A stretch of 64,000 nt of DNA from Myxococcota bacterium. Lineage in GTDB: Bacteria > Myxococcota_A > UBA9160 > UBA6930. Below are positions 29,162 through 38,369 of the stretch, piece by piece. Within the stretch, counting starts at the first letter, position 1. Each line of letters starts with the position of its first letter. The DNA lies in the NCBI GenBank assembly GCA_965223415.1, contig OZ245002.1, forward strand, positions 896,001 to 960,000, in the 5' to 3' direction. The notes under the pieces were generated by a model that had not been told where the DNA came from, made no database searches, and worked only from the letters and a program-made list of their open reading frames with translations. The position numbers and the translations under genes are program-made.

Positions 29162-29188
29162 GTTGCCGCGGCCCCGGGGCGACCGGTC

Positions 29189-29671
29189 TCAGTCCTTGTA
29201 GATCAGCCGCGAGAGCGTCTCCGCCACGCAGGCGGGCTTGTCCTCTCCCTCGATCTCGATGGTGACGACCTGCTTCAGCTGCAGGGTGTTCGGCGCTTTC
29301 CGCTCGGCCGAGGCCAGGCTGCGTCGGGCACGGATCCGGGCGTCGACCTTCACCGGCGAGGGGAAGCGCACCTTCTCGAGGCCGTAGTTCACGCCCATCA
29401 CCATGCCCGCGTAGGCCGTGGGATCGACCGGCGGGATCTTCGACCCGAGGTAGGGCACGAGGGAGAGGGTCAGGAAGCCGTGGGCGATCGTGACCTTGTA
29501 GGGCGAGAGCTCGGCGGCCTTCTCCGGATCGATGTGGATGAACTGGTGGTCGAGGGTGGCGTCGGCGAAGTCGTTGATGCGCGACTGGTCCACCTGGAAC
29601 CACTCGCCCACGCCCTCCTCGTTTCCGACGTGCTTCTGGAACCGCTCGAGGGCGGCGCTGGCGCTGCTCAT
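29189..29671 (-). CDS. MaoC family dehydratase
   Basis: FADATLDHQFIHIDP, TIAHGFLTLS, NYGLEKVRF. Confidence 0.92.
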   Translation of the reverse strand: MSSASAALERFQKHVGNEEGVGEWFQVDQSRINDFADATLDHQFIHIDPEKAAELSPYKVTIAHGFLTLSLVPYLGSKIPPVDPTAYAGMVMGVNYGLEKVRFPSPVKVDARIRARRSLASAERKAPNTLQLKQVVTIEIEGEDKPACVAETLSRLIYKD

Positions 29672-29691
29672 GGACTCTTCTCCTTTCGGGG

Positions 29692-30105
29692 TCAACCGAC
29701 TCGGAACAAGGGGATCGCAAGCTCTTCGTGATCCTCCCACTCGACCTTCACTCGCTGGCCGATGCGGAGCTCGGCGGCGGGATCTTCCACCCCGACGACG
29801 TTCGAGAGGATCCGCGGCCCCTCGTCGAGATCGATCCAGGCCACGGCATAGGGCGCCCGGCTGCGGAAGAAGGGGTGGTAGCTCTGACGGACGACGCTGA
29901 AGGTGTAGATCGTCCCAAGGCCCTCCGACGTGTGCCAGGAGAGGTTGCCGCCGAGGCAGGACGTGCAGTGGCGGCGCGGGTAGAAGACGATTGCCTCGCA
30001 GTCATCGCAGCGCTGGAAGCGGAGCTCGTGGTCCCGAGTGGCCTGCCAGAAGGGACCCGTGTCCATCTCCTTGGGGTTCGGCAGCGGTCGCGTGGGCTCG
30101 GCCAT
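29692..30105 (-). CDS. Zn-ribbon + OB-fold (DUF35) protein
   Basis: PFW, C..C...YPR..C..C, G.IYTFSV, IDLDEGPR. Confidence 0.92.
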   Translation of the reverse strand: MAEPTRPLPNPKEMDTGPFWQATRDHELRFQRCDDCEAIVFYPRRHCTSCLGGNLSWHTSEGLGTIYTFSVVRQSYHPFFRSRAPYAVAWIDLDEGPRILSNVVGVEDPAAELRIGQRVKVEWEDHEELAIPLFRVG

Positions 30106-30107
30106 GG

Positions 30108-31304
30108 CTAGTCCCGCCCCAGCACGACGGTTCCGGCACAGTGCCGGCTGCCGAGCATTCCGCCGTTGCCGTGGGCCACGGCGAGCCGGGCGTCCTCGAC
30201 CTGGGAGCAGGACTCACCCCGCAGCTGACGGGCCGCCTCGATCAGGAGGAAGATGCCGCGCATGCCCGGGTGGTTCGACGAGAGGCCACCGCCGTCGGTG
30301 TTGAGGGCGGGGCCGTCCCCGGAGCGATCGAAGCGCAGGCGGCCGCCTTCGACCCACCCACCGCCCTCGCCCTTCTTGCAGAAGCCCAGGTCCTCGAGGA
30401 TCGTCAGCACGGTGATGCTGAAGGAGTCGTAGATCATCGCCACGTCGATCTCGGACGGCGTGACGCCGGCCTCGCCGAAGGCCGCGGGGCCGGACTGGGC
30501 CGCCGCGCTGGTCGTGACGTCGCCGCCGTTCTCCGGATACTTCGTGGCCTCGCCGCCGCCCAGCACCCAGACCGGTGGCTTGGCGCAATCGCGAGCCACC
30601 TCGGGGGCCGCGATCACGACGGCGCCACCGCCGTCCGAGATCATGCAGCACTCGAGCAGGTGGAGCGGGTCGGCGATCATCCGCGAGCCGACCACGTCCT
30701 CGATCGTCGTCTCGCGGATGTCCAGGAACTCGAGGGCCCGCATGGCCTCGACCGCCTCCGGGTTGCGCATCGCGTGGTAGCGCGTCGCCACGGAGATCTC
30801 CGCGAGCTGCTCGCTGGTGGTGCCGTACTCGTGCATGTGCCGGCGGGCCACCATGGCGTAGTTCGACACGAGGGTCATCCCGCAGAAGCCCTCCATGTTC
30901 TCCGCCGGGCCGGGCATCCCGCGCCCTCCGCCGTGGCCGCCCACACCGATCGCGAAGGCGTTGCTGTGGGAGGTCGAGCCATAGGTGAGCAGCGCCACCC
31001 GGGCCTTCCCCGCCGCGATCGCGCGCTTGGCATGGGCGGCGTGGAACTCGTAGGAGCTGCCCCCGACCATGGTGGTATCGATCACGCCGGGCCGGAGCCC
31101 GAAGTACTCGGAGATCCCGAGCCCCGACATCATCCCGCCGTCGCCCGCGTCGTAGATCGCATCCACGTCCCGGATCGAGAGCCCAGCATCCTCGAGCGCT
31201 CGCGCCGCGCACTCCGCCTTGATCTGCAGCGGCGACACCTGCCCCTCCACATCCCGCGACGGGTACTCGTGCACCCCCACGATCCCCGCATCCCTGGTAC
31301 TCAA
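30108..31304 (-). CDS. SCP-x/Ltp2-like thiolase-fold protein
   Basis: VGGSSY at the nucleophile position, CCMISDGGGA, YDSFSI, NTDGGGLS..HPG, HGNGG; TTG start inferred. Confidence 0.85.
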   Translation of the reverse strand: MSTRDAGIVGVHEYPSRDVEGQVSPLQIKAECAARALEDAGLSIRDVDAIYDAGDGGMMSGLGISEYFGLRPGVIDTTMVGGSSYEFHAAHAKRAIAAGKARVALLTYGSTSHSNAFAIGVGGHGGGRGMPGPAENMEGFCGMTLVSNYAMVARRHMHEYGTTSEQLAEISVATRYHAMRNPEAVEAMRALEFLDIRETTIEDVVGSRMIADPLHLLECCMISDGGGAVVIAAPEVARDCAKPPVWVLGGGEATKYPENGGDVTTSAAAQSGPAAFGEAGVTPSEIDVAMIYDSFSITVLTILEDLGFCKKGEGGGWVEGGRLRFDRSGDGPALNTDGGGLSSNHPGMRGIFLLIEAARQLRGESCSQVEDARLAVAHGNGGMLGSRHCAGTVVLGRD

Positions 31305-31326
31305 GATCCCACATCCTCTCGTTAGG

Positions 31327-31358
31327 TGTTGCGTTAGGGGCCGGTTCCGTTTGTTGCG
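31327..31358. repeat. single REP-like unit GGGGCCGGTTCCGTTTGTT flanked by TGTTGCG direct repeats
   Basis: 31337-31355 is identical to the arm at 36031-36049; TGTTGCG at 31327 and 31352. Confidence 0.8.
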
Positions 31359-32299
31359 TTGTCGAAGCCGAGCTCGGTGCGGAAGAAGCGACGGGCGGCC
31401 GTCGCGCTCCAGTTGTCGTGGTCCTCGCCGTAGCCCCGGGCGTCGCCGAAGCGCCAGTCGGTGAGGCAGTTCCAGGTGAAGAGATTCGGGTTCAGGTGGA
31501 CGCCGATTCGGTTCAGGCAAGTCCCCTCGGCGACGACCTCCCGCCCGAGCTCGTCTCGCGCCTCCAGGCGGACGCGACTCGGACAACCCAGGCCCTCCTC
31601 CCGTGCGAGCACCGTCCGCTCGCCTTCGGCGAGCTTCGCGTACTCGCCGTCGCGCAGGAGATAACCGTGGATCACGACGCAGCGCCCGCCGTACTCCATG
31701 GTGATGGCGTGGAAGGCGTTTCGCTCGTCCTGGGTGGCGTAGCTGTAGCCCCCGCGCGGCGCGCCCGAGTGGTGCAGGTCGGCGCCGAACTGGTCGCGCA
31801 CGCCCCAGGAACGGTCCCGGAAGCCGTAGGCGTCGACCGACACCACGTCCTCCTGGATGCGGATCGTCCCGGTGTAGCGGCCGGGCTGATCGAGGTGGCC
31901 GCCGCCCAGGTAGTTCGGCGGGCAGATCGCCCGGAAGACGAGATCGATCTCCACCTCCCCGTCGTCGGGATCCAGGTAGTGGAGCTCGTACGCGTTGAGC
32001 GGCTCCAGGCACTTGTACCGGAGGCCGTTCGGGAGCTGGAGGTCCCAGAGGTCCTGGCCCGCGGGCATCGGCAGGTGCCAGAAGTTCTTGCCGTAGAGCG
32101 CGTTCCAGGGCTGCGACCCCTGGGTGTCCCACAGGAAGCACGCGCCGGAGGTCACGCCCTGGTTCGGGCGGAAGAAGGGATAGAGCTGCCCGGAGAGCCG
32201 CCGCTCCGGCACGGCGAAGGTGAACCAGCAGGTCTCCGTCCAGTACGGGTCATCGCTGGCCGGCGGATGGAAACGGTCGTCCGGATGGGGCACCGACAC
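31334..32299 (-). CDS. hypothetical protein (possible tocopherol cyclase/CrtC-like beta fold)
   Basis: W.ET.WF.F, H.DQPG, RDRSWG.R motifs. Confidence 0.65.
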   Translation of the reverse strand: MSVPHPDDRFHPPASDDPYWTETCWFTFAVPERRLSGQLYPFFRPNQGVTSGACFLWDTQGSQPWNALYGKNFWHLPMPAGQDLWDLQLPNGLRYKCLEPLNAYELHYLDPDDGEVEIDLVFRAICPPNYLGGGHLDQPGRYTGTIRIQEDVVSVDAYGFRDRSWGVRDQFGADLHHSGAPRGGYSYATQDERNAFHAITMEYGGRCVVIHGYLLRDGEYAKLAEGERTVLAREEGLGCPSRVRLEARDELGREVVAEGTCLNRIGVHLNPNLFTWNCLTDWRFGDARGYGEDHDNWSATAARRFFRTELGFDNATNGTGP

Positions 32300-32306
32300 G
32301 GCGCGC

Positions 32307-32726
32307 CTACCACTCCCCCGTGTTCGGCATGGAGGCCCAGGGCTCCTGGGGCGAGAGCGCCTGGCCTTCCTGCAGGAGCTCGATCGAGATGCCGTCCGGC
32401 GAGCGGACGAAGGCCATGTGGCCGTCGCGGGGCGGCCGGTTGATCGTGACGCCGGCATCCATCAGCCGCTGGCAGGTAGCGTAGATGTCGTCGACCGCGT
32501 AGGCGAGGTGCCCGAAGTTGCGCCCGCCCTCGAGCTTCTCCGGATCCCAGTTCCAGGTGAGCTCCACCTGGGCGTCGGGCTGGCCCGGCGGGTGCAGGAA
32601 GACGAGGCTGAAGCGCCCCGCCTCCACGTCGATGCGGCGGCCCTGCTCGAGGCCCAGCTTGTTGCAGTAGAAGTCGAGGGACGCGTCCACGTCGGTCACG
32701 CGAACCATCGTGTGCAGGTACTTCAT
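32307..32726 (-). CDS. gloA: lactoylglutathione lyase (glyoxalase I)
   Basis: [35 protein letters not shown]. Confidence 0.92.
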   Translation of the reverse strand: MKYLHTMVRVTDVDASLDFYCNKLGLEQGRRIDVEAGRFSLVFLHPPGQPDAQVELTWNWDPEKLEGGRNFGHLAYAVDDIYATCQRLMDAGVTINRPPRDGHMAFVRSPDGISIELLQEGQALSPQEPWASMPNTGEW

Positions 32727-32735
32727 GGCTCTCCT

Positions 32736-33707
32736 TCAGCGATCCCAGAGCTCGGCCATGGCCGCGATCAGGTTGCCTGTATCGGCGTCGCCCCCGCCGG
32801 TGAACTCCCGGTAGAGGGTGTCGACGTTGACGGCGATACGCTCGGCATCGCCCCAGCTCGAGAAGTCGCCAAGCTCGATGTCCCTGGCGGCCTCGAGCGC
32901 CGAGAGGCCCGCGTCGTAACGCTTCCGCGCCTCGTCCCGGACGTACTCCAGATAGGCCTTCACCGCCTCGACGCCCCGGGCGTCGGTGATCGGCCCGTGG
33001 CCGGGGACGATCACCTCCGGCTCGAGGGACAGGATCCGGTCGCAGGCGGCGATCCAGTTGCCGACAGGTCCCACCCAGATGATCGGCGTGCCTTCGACGA
33101 AGAGGATGTCTCCGGTGAAGATCGTGCGATCGTCGGGAACGTGGACCAGTACGTCGCCGCGGGTGTGCGCCGGCCCCACCTCGTAGAGCTCCACCCGCTT
33201 GTCACCCACCCGCACGGTGAGCTCCTTTTCGAACGTACGGTTCGGCGGCGTGTGCCGGATACCCTCGAACTGGAAGGCGCCGAAGGCGTGCTGGATGAAG
33301 CGCGCCATCTGGGAATCCTGGTCCCGCGTGCCCGAGACCATCGCCGCCAGCACGCTCGGCGGGAGCTCCTCCATCTCCTCCGCAGCCGCCTTCGAGGCGA
33401 TGATCTCCGCGTCAGCGACGAGCTCGTTGCCGTGGCAGTGGTCGCCGTTGGCGTGGGTGTTCACGACGTGGTCGACCGGGGCTGCGGCCGCCGGCTCCGC
33501 ATGGCGCATGGCCGCGAGCATCTCCGCCGTGAGCGGCACGTCGAAGAGCGTGTCCACCAGCAGCGACTGGTCGCCGTCCACCACGAGCCCGGCGTTGCTC
33601 CAGCCCCAGGAGCCGTCGGGCTGGAGGTAGGCGTAGACGCCGCGCCCCGTCTCCAGCAGGCCCTTCCGGAAGGCCCACTTCGGAACGCCCAGGTTGTCCC
33701 ATGCCAT
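32736..33707 (-). CDS. MBL-fold metallo-hydrolase (cyclase-like)
   Basis: WGWSNAG, THANGDHCHGN, AHT.GD, TGD, PGHG. Confidence 0.9.
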   Translation of the reverse strand: MAWDNLGVPKWAFRKGLLETGRGVYAYLQPDGSWGWSNAGLVVDGDQSLLVDTLFDVPLTAEMLAAMRHAEPAAAAPVDHVVNTHANGDHCHGNELVADAEIIASKAAAEEMEELPPSVLAAMVSGTRDQDSQMARFIQHAFGAFQFEGIRHTPPNRTFEKELTVRVGDKRVELYEVGPAHTRGDVLVHVPDDRTIFTGDILFVEGTPIIWVGPVGNWIAACDRILSLEPEVIVPGHGPITDARGVEAVKAYLEYVRDEARKRYDAGLSALEAARDIELGDFSSWGDAERIAVNVDTLYREFTGGGDADTGNLIAAMAELWDR

Positions 33708-33720
33708 CGCGCTCCCTCCC

Positions 33721-34650
33721 CTAGCCGTCCACGCTCTCGCCGTCCTCGGCCCAGGCCCGGAGCAGATGGTGGGCGATGGCCATGGGGGGCGGCACGCCGA
33801 GCTCCGAGCCGTCGCCGGCCAGGGCGGCCTTGGCCTGGGCACGGGTGAACCAGCAGGCCTCCTCGATCTCGTCCTTGTCGACCTGGATCGTCTCGGAGAG
33901 GCCCTCGGCCAGGCAGCCGATCATCAGCGACGCCGGGAACGGCCACGGCTGGGAGGCGAGGTAGCGGACGCGGCCCACGTCGATGCCGGCCTCCTCCTTC
34001 ACCTCCCGGCGCACGGCCTCCTCGAGGGTCTCCCCCGGCTCGACGAAGCCGGCGAGGGCGGAGAAGAAGGGATGGGGCCAGCTGGCCTGGCGACCGAGCA
34101 GGCAGCGATCACCGCGGGTGACGAGCATGATCGCCACCGGATCGGTGCGCGGGAAGTGCTCGGTGGCGCAGTCGGCGGCGTTGCACAGGCGCGCATAGCC
34201 GCCGTCCTTCGAGCGGGTGGCCCCACCGCAGCCGGGACAGAAGCGGTGACGCGAGTGCCAATCGACGAGGTGTCGGGCGTGAGCCGCCGTGCCGGCCTCG
34301 CCGGCGGGGAGCTGCGCGGCGACGGCGCGCAGGTCCGGGAAGGACGCGGCGCCCTCGAGTCCGAGCGTGTCGGTCGGGTCGGCGAGGCTCGAGACGTCGA
34401 GGGCGAAGTGGGCGACGTCGCGTTGCAAGCCGAGGAAGATCGGCTCCACCGTCGAGGAGACCTCGTCGCGCAGGGCGTTCGTTGCCCAGGCCAGCCGCGG
34501 CTCGTCCTCGCGCACGAGGACGGACAGGCGCCAGACGGGGAGGAAGCGCGTGGCGTCGTCGGCGAGGCGTGCCTCCAGCCAGGCCGCGTCGCGGCGTCGG
34601 AAGTCCGCGCGGTCGAGAGGGCTGCCGGAAAAGACGATGGAGCGGGGCAC
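33721..34650 (-). CDS. nudC: NAD(+)/NADH diphosphatase
   Basis: FCPGCG Zn site, FPRTDP, Nudix box GFVEPGETLEEAVRREVKEEAG, SQPWPFPASLM. Confidence 0.95.
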   Translation of the reverse strand: MPRSIVFSGSPLDRADFRRRDAAWLEARLADDATRFLPVWRLSVLVREDEPRLAWATNALRDEVSSTVEPIFLGLQRDVAHFALDVSSLADPTDTLGLEGAASFPDLRAVAAQLPAGEAGTAAHARHLVDWHSRHRFCPGCGGATRSKDGGYARLCNAADCATEHFPRTDPVAIMLVTRGDRCLLGRQASWPHPFFSALAGFVEPGETLEEAVRREVKEEAGIDVGRVRYLASQPWPFPASLMIGCLAEGLSETIQVDKDEIEEACWFTRAQAKAALAGDGSELGVPPPMAIAHHLLRAWAEDGESVDG

Positions 34651-34721
34651 CCGGGGACGCTACCGCAACCGTCCCGGCCCCGGGACCGTGGTAGAGTCGC
34701 CGGTCCGAGGAGGACGCGGAC

Positions 34722-36020
34722 ATGGCGTGGGATTTCGAGACCGAGCCGGAGTTCCAGCGGGAGCTGGACTGGATCGACGCCTTCGTGCGGGAGGAGATCG
34801 AGCCTCTCGACTACGTCCTGGGCGATCCGTACGACAAGAGCGACGCCAAGGCGATGGCGATCGTGAAGCCGCTCCAGGAGCAGGTAAGGGAGCGGGGGCT
34901 CTGGGCCTGCCACCTGGGGCCGGAGCTCGGGGGCCTCGGCTTCGGGCAGCTGAAGCTGGCGCTGATGAACGAGCTCCTGGGCCGTTCGGGCTGGGCGCCC
35001 ACGGTGTTCGGCTGCCAGGCGCCGGACTCGGGCAACGCGGAGATCCTCGCCCACTACGGCAGCGAGGAGCAGAAGGCGCGCTTCCTGCAGCCGCTCCTGG
35101 ATGGCGAGATCTCCTCCTGCTACTCGATGACCGAGCCCCACGCCGGCGCCGACCCGACGCTCTTCACCACGCGCGCAGTGAGGGACGGCGACGACTGGGT
35201 GATCAACGGCGAGAAGTGGTTCGCGTCGAACGCCCGCTACTCCGCGTTCCTGATCGTGATGGCGGTGACCGACCCGGACGTGAGCCCCTACGAGGGCATG
35301 TCCATGCTGATCGTGCCGACGGACACGCCCGGCGTGAACATCGTGCGCAACGTCGGGCTCGGCACCGAGAACGAGGAGCACGCGAGCCACGCCTACATCC
35401 GCTACGAGGACGTGCGGGTTCCGGCGAACCACATGCTGGGCGAGCCGGGCTCGGCCTTCGTCATCGCCCAGACGCGGCTCGGCGGCGGACGCATCCACCA
35501 CGCCATGCGCACCATGGCTCAGCTTCGCCAGTGCTTCGACATGATGTGCGAGCGTGCGCTCTCCCGAGAGACCCGCAAGGGCCGGCTGGCCGATTTCCAG
35601 CTCGTCCAGGACGCGATCGCCGACAGCTACATCGAGATCGAGCAGTTCCGACTGCTGGTGCTGCGGACGGCCTGGCTGATCGACCGCTACAACGACTACA
35701 AGCGGACCCGGAAGGACATCGCTGCGATCAAGGTGGCGATGCCGAAGGTCTACCACGACGTGGCGCAGCGGGCGATGCACATCCACGGCGCCCTCGGCGT
35801 CTCGAACGAGCTGCCCTTCGCACGCATGATGCTCGCCGCCGAGGTGATGGGCATCGCCGACGGCCCCACCGAGGTGCACAAGGTCACCATCGCCCGCCAG
35901 GTCCTGCGCGACTACAAGCCCGTGGACGGCCTCTGGCCCAGCGCCCACATCCCCGCCCGCCGAGCCACCGCCCGCGAACGCTTCGCCCACCTCCTGGAAT
36001 CCGAGATCGGCAACCTCTGA
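34722..36020 (+). CDS. acyl-CoA dehydrogenase
   Basis: QAPDSGNAE, SMTEP, NGEKWF, RLGGGRIHH, IHGALG, DGPTEVH. Confidence 0.95.
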   Translation: MAWDFETEPEFQRELDWIDAFVREEIEPLDYVLGDPYDKSDAKAMAIVKPLQEQVRERGLWACHLGPELGGLGFGQLKLALMNELLGRSGWAPTVFGCQAPDSGNAEILAHYGSEEQKARFLQPLLDGEISSCYSMTEPHAGADPTLFTTRAVRDGDDWVINGEKWFASNARYSAFLIVMAVTDPDVSPYEGMSMLIVPTDTPGVNIVRNVGLGTENEEHASHAYIRYEDVRVPANHMLGEPGSAFVIAQTRLGGGRIHHAMRTMAQLRQCFDMMCERALSRETRKGRLADFQLVQDAIADSYIEIEQFRLLVLRTAWLIDRYNDYKRTRKDIAAIKVAMPKVYHDVAQRAMHIHGALGVSNELPFARMMLAAEVMGIADGPTEVHKVTIARQVLRDYKPVDGLWPSAHIPARRATARERFAHLLESEIGNL

Positions 36021-36105
36021 TGTCAAGCTAGGGGCCGGTTCCGTTTGTTAAGTTGTTGGAGACCCGAGAACGGCTTAACAAACGGAACCGGCCCCCCGCT
36101 TAACA
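36021..36105. repeat. REP-like long palindrome (same family as 2717-2799)
   Basis: GGGGCCGGTTCCGTTTGTTAAG (36031-36052) and its reverse complement (36074-36095); outer TGTCAAGC/GCTTAACA. Confidence 0.9.
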
Positions 36106-36765
36106 GCTGCTGAGCTGGAGATCGGCGAAGACGGAGCCGTCGCGTTCCACGATCTCGCCGGGCTGGACGTTGATCGGGGCTTGGAACATCGGGCCCGCCC
36201 AGGCGTAGGTGTGAAACTCGCCGTTCTCGCCGCAGGGATCGACGTCCGCAGGGAGCCGCTGCAGGAAGGCGGCGTCCCAGGGCTCGCCACAGCGCTCGCG
36301 GGGCAGGACCTTCGGATCGATGCAGGTGACGAAGGCCTCGAGGCCGCCGGCCTGCATCTCCGCCGCCAGCACCGCGGTGTCCCGTCCCCAGATCGGGAAC
36401 CGGGGGACGATCCCGGTGCCGCGGAGGAGATCCTCCCGGTAGGCGCGGATGTCCTCGAGAAACAGGTCGCCGAACGCCATCTGCTCCACGCCCTCCTGCC
36501 TCGCATCCTCCATGAGCACGGCCACGGCGGCCTCGTACTGGGCGTTGCTGCAGGGATGCGGGATCCCGACGGTGCGCAGGTCGAGCCCCGCCGCCGCCGC
36601 CTGCCGCCGCAGCAGCTCCCCGCGCACGGCGTGCATCGCCACCCGCTCGTGGGTGCGGTTCACCGTGGTGACGAGGGCGGTCACGTCGCCTTCCCCTGTC
36701 TCGCGCAGACGCTGCAACGCCCAGGCGCTGTCCTTTCCGCTGCTCCACCAGAGCCAGGTGCTCAC
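36100..36765 (-). CDS. PP-loop ATPase of diphthine-ammonia ligase-like family
   Basis: WSSGKDS, FGDLFLEDIR.YRE, DPCGENGEFHT. Confidence 0.88.
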   Translation of the reverse strand: MSTWLWWSSGKDSAWALQRLRETGEGDVTALVTTVNRTHERVAMHAVRGELLRRQAAAAGLDLRTVGIPHPCSNAQYEAAVAVLMEDARQEGVEQMAFGDLFLEDIRAYREDLLRGTGIVPRFPIWGRDTAVLAAEMQAGGLEAFVTCIDPKVLPRERCGEPWDAAFLQRLPADVDPCGENGEFHTYAWAGPMFQAPINVQPGEIVERDGSVFADLQLSSC

Positions 36766-37643
36766 CGGCTGGCCAGGATGTCCGCGGCGCGTTCGACCTC
36801 CGCCAGGTCCGGTGTCGCCGGCACGAGCAGACACTCCTCGGCGCCGAGCCTCTCCATCGCGTCGAGGGCCTCGCGGACCGCGTCGGGGCTGCTGCGCGTC
36901 ATCGTCTTCGCCACGGCGCTGGCGGCAGCGTCGCCGAACACCTTCAGGTACTCGAACACGTACTGCTGGAGCCGGCGAGCGCCGTCGTCGGCCAGGGAGA
37001 GCCAGAAGCCGACGACGCGACGCGGGGCCGCCTCCCGCCCCGCCTCCTCCCAGGCCTCGCGGCCCATCTGGAGCTGACGTTCCACCTCCCCCGCTTCACC
37101 GTTTCCGCTCCAGCTGTAGAGCCCGTCGGCCCAGGCCGCGGCCCGGCGGATCGCCTTCGGCCCCATGGCGCCGGCCAGGATCTCGGGCCCACCGGGTTGG
37201 ACCGGGCGCGGCCCCACCTCGTCGGCGCCCTCGAAGGGCGGCTCGCCGGCCCACAGCCGGCGCAGCTCCGCCACCTGCTCGTCCATGCGCGCGTGACGCC
37301 GCTCGAAGGGCATCCCGACCGTCCGGTAATCGACCTCCCGCCCGCCGACGCCGACGGTGAGGCGGACCCGCCCCTCCGAGAGCACGTCGAGGGTCGCCAC
37401 CTCTTTCGCCACCCGAGCCGTCGCGTGCGTCGGGAGGACGTAGAGACTCGGCATGATGCGTACACGCTCGGTCACGGCGGCGGCCGCAGAGAGCAGCACC
37501 CGCATGTCGAAGGTGTAGCCGGTCACCCGCTCGCCACAGGCCACGGTGGAGAATCCACCCTCGTCGAGGCGCCGGCACCAGGCCAGCATGTCCTCGCGAG
37601 AGAACTCCCGCTCCATGTAGGGGAGACACATGCCGACCTTCAT
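36762..37643 (-). CDS. LLM-class flavin/F420-dependent oxidoreductase
   Basis: AKEVATLDVLSEGR, GVGGR..DY, GPRPVQPGGP. Confidence 0.88.
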   Translation of the reverse strand: MKVGMCLPYMEREFSREDMLAWCRRLDEGGFSTVACGERVTGYTFDMRVLLSAAAAVTERVRIMPSLYVLPTHATARVAKEVATLDVLSEGRVRLTVGVGGREVDYRTVGMPFERRHARMDEQVAELRRLWAGEPPFEGADEVGPRPVQPGGPEILAGAMGPKAIRRAAAWADGLYSWSGNGEAGEVERQLQMGREAWEEAGREAAPRRVVGFWLSLADDGARRLQQYVFEYLKVFGDAAASAVAKTMTRSSPDAVREALDAMERLGAEECLLVPATPDLAEVERAADILASR

Positions 37644-37769
37644 GAATCCTCCTCGGGTTGCCGATGGACGCTAGCGAAGGTGGCCTGGATCACCGAAGCC
37701 CCGGTGAGCCCGGTTACACTCTGAACCCTTCGTGCGGACGTTGAACCGCCCATCCCCCGGAGCAAGACC

Positions 37770-38327
37770 GTGGCCCTCTTCGATCGAAGCGACAAAGGCG
37801 ACAAGACCGAGCGCAACGCCCCGCCGCCGCCCAAGGCCGCCGAGGCGCCGCCGAAGACCGAGGCGGCGAAGCCGCCGGAGGCCGAGCCGACCCAGCCGAA
37901 GTACCCGTCCAGCGGTGCACCGCTGGCGGAGGAGTCGGCACGGATCGGCCCGGGCCTCTCCGTGGAGGGCGAGGTCCATGGCGAAGAAGACCTCATCCTC
38001 GACGGCAGGGTGAAGGGCTCCCTCTCCCTCGGCCGCCACCAGCTCCTGGTGGGCGAGGCCGGCTGCGCCCGGGCCGACGTGAGCGCACGCAAGGTCGTGG
38101 TGTTCGGCGAGGTGATCGGCGACATCGAGGCGAGCGAGTGCGTGGAGCTGCGCCACACCGCCCGCGTGAAGGGCAACGTCCGGACACCGCGCCTGCGCAT
38201 GGACGAGGGCGCCGAGCTCCAGGGCCGGGTCGAGATGGCGGGCGGGGAGAAGAAGGCCGCCCAGCCGAAGACCAACGGGGCGAAGCCGCCGGAGGCCAGC
38301 GGCGAGGCGGCGCCGGCTCCGGCCTAG
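37770..38327 (+). CDS. bactofilin (polymer-forming cytoskeletal protein)
   Basis: IGPGLSVEGEV.G.EDL.LDG.V.G beta-helix repeats with Pro-rich flanks. Confidence 0.9.
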   Translation: MALFDRSDKGDKTERNAPPPPKAAEAPPKTEAAKPPEAEPTQPKYPSSGAPLAEESARIGPGLSVEGEVHGEEDLILDGRVKGSLSLGRHQLLVGEAGCARADVSARKVVVFGEVIGDIEASECVELRHTARVKGNVRTPRLRMDEGAELQGRVEMAGGEKKAAQPKTNGAKPPEASGEAAPAPA

Positions 38328-38369
38328 GCCCTACTCCCTACCCCGTACCCGCCTTTCCAGGGGTCCGGA

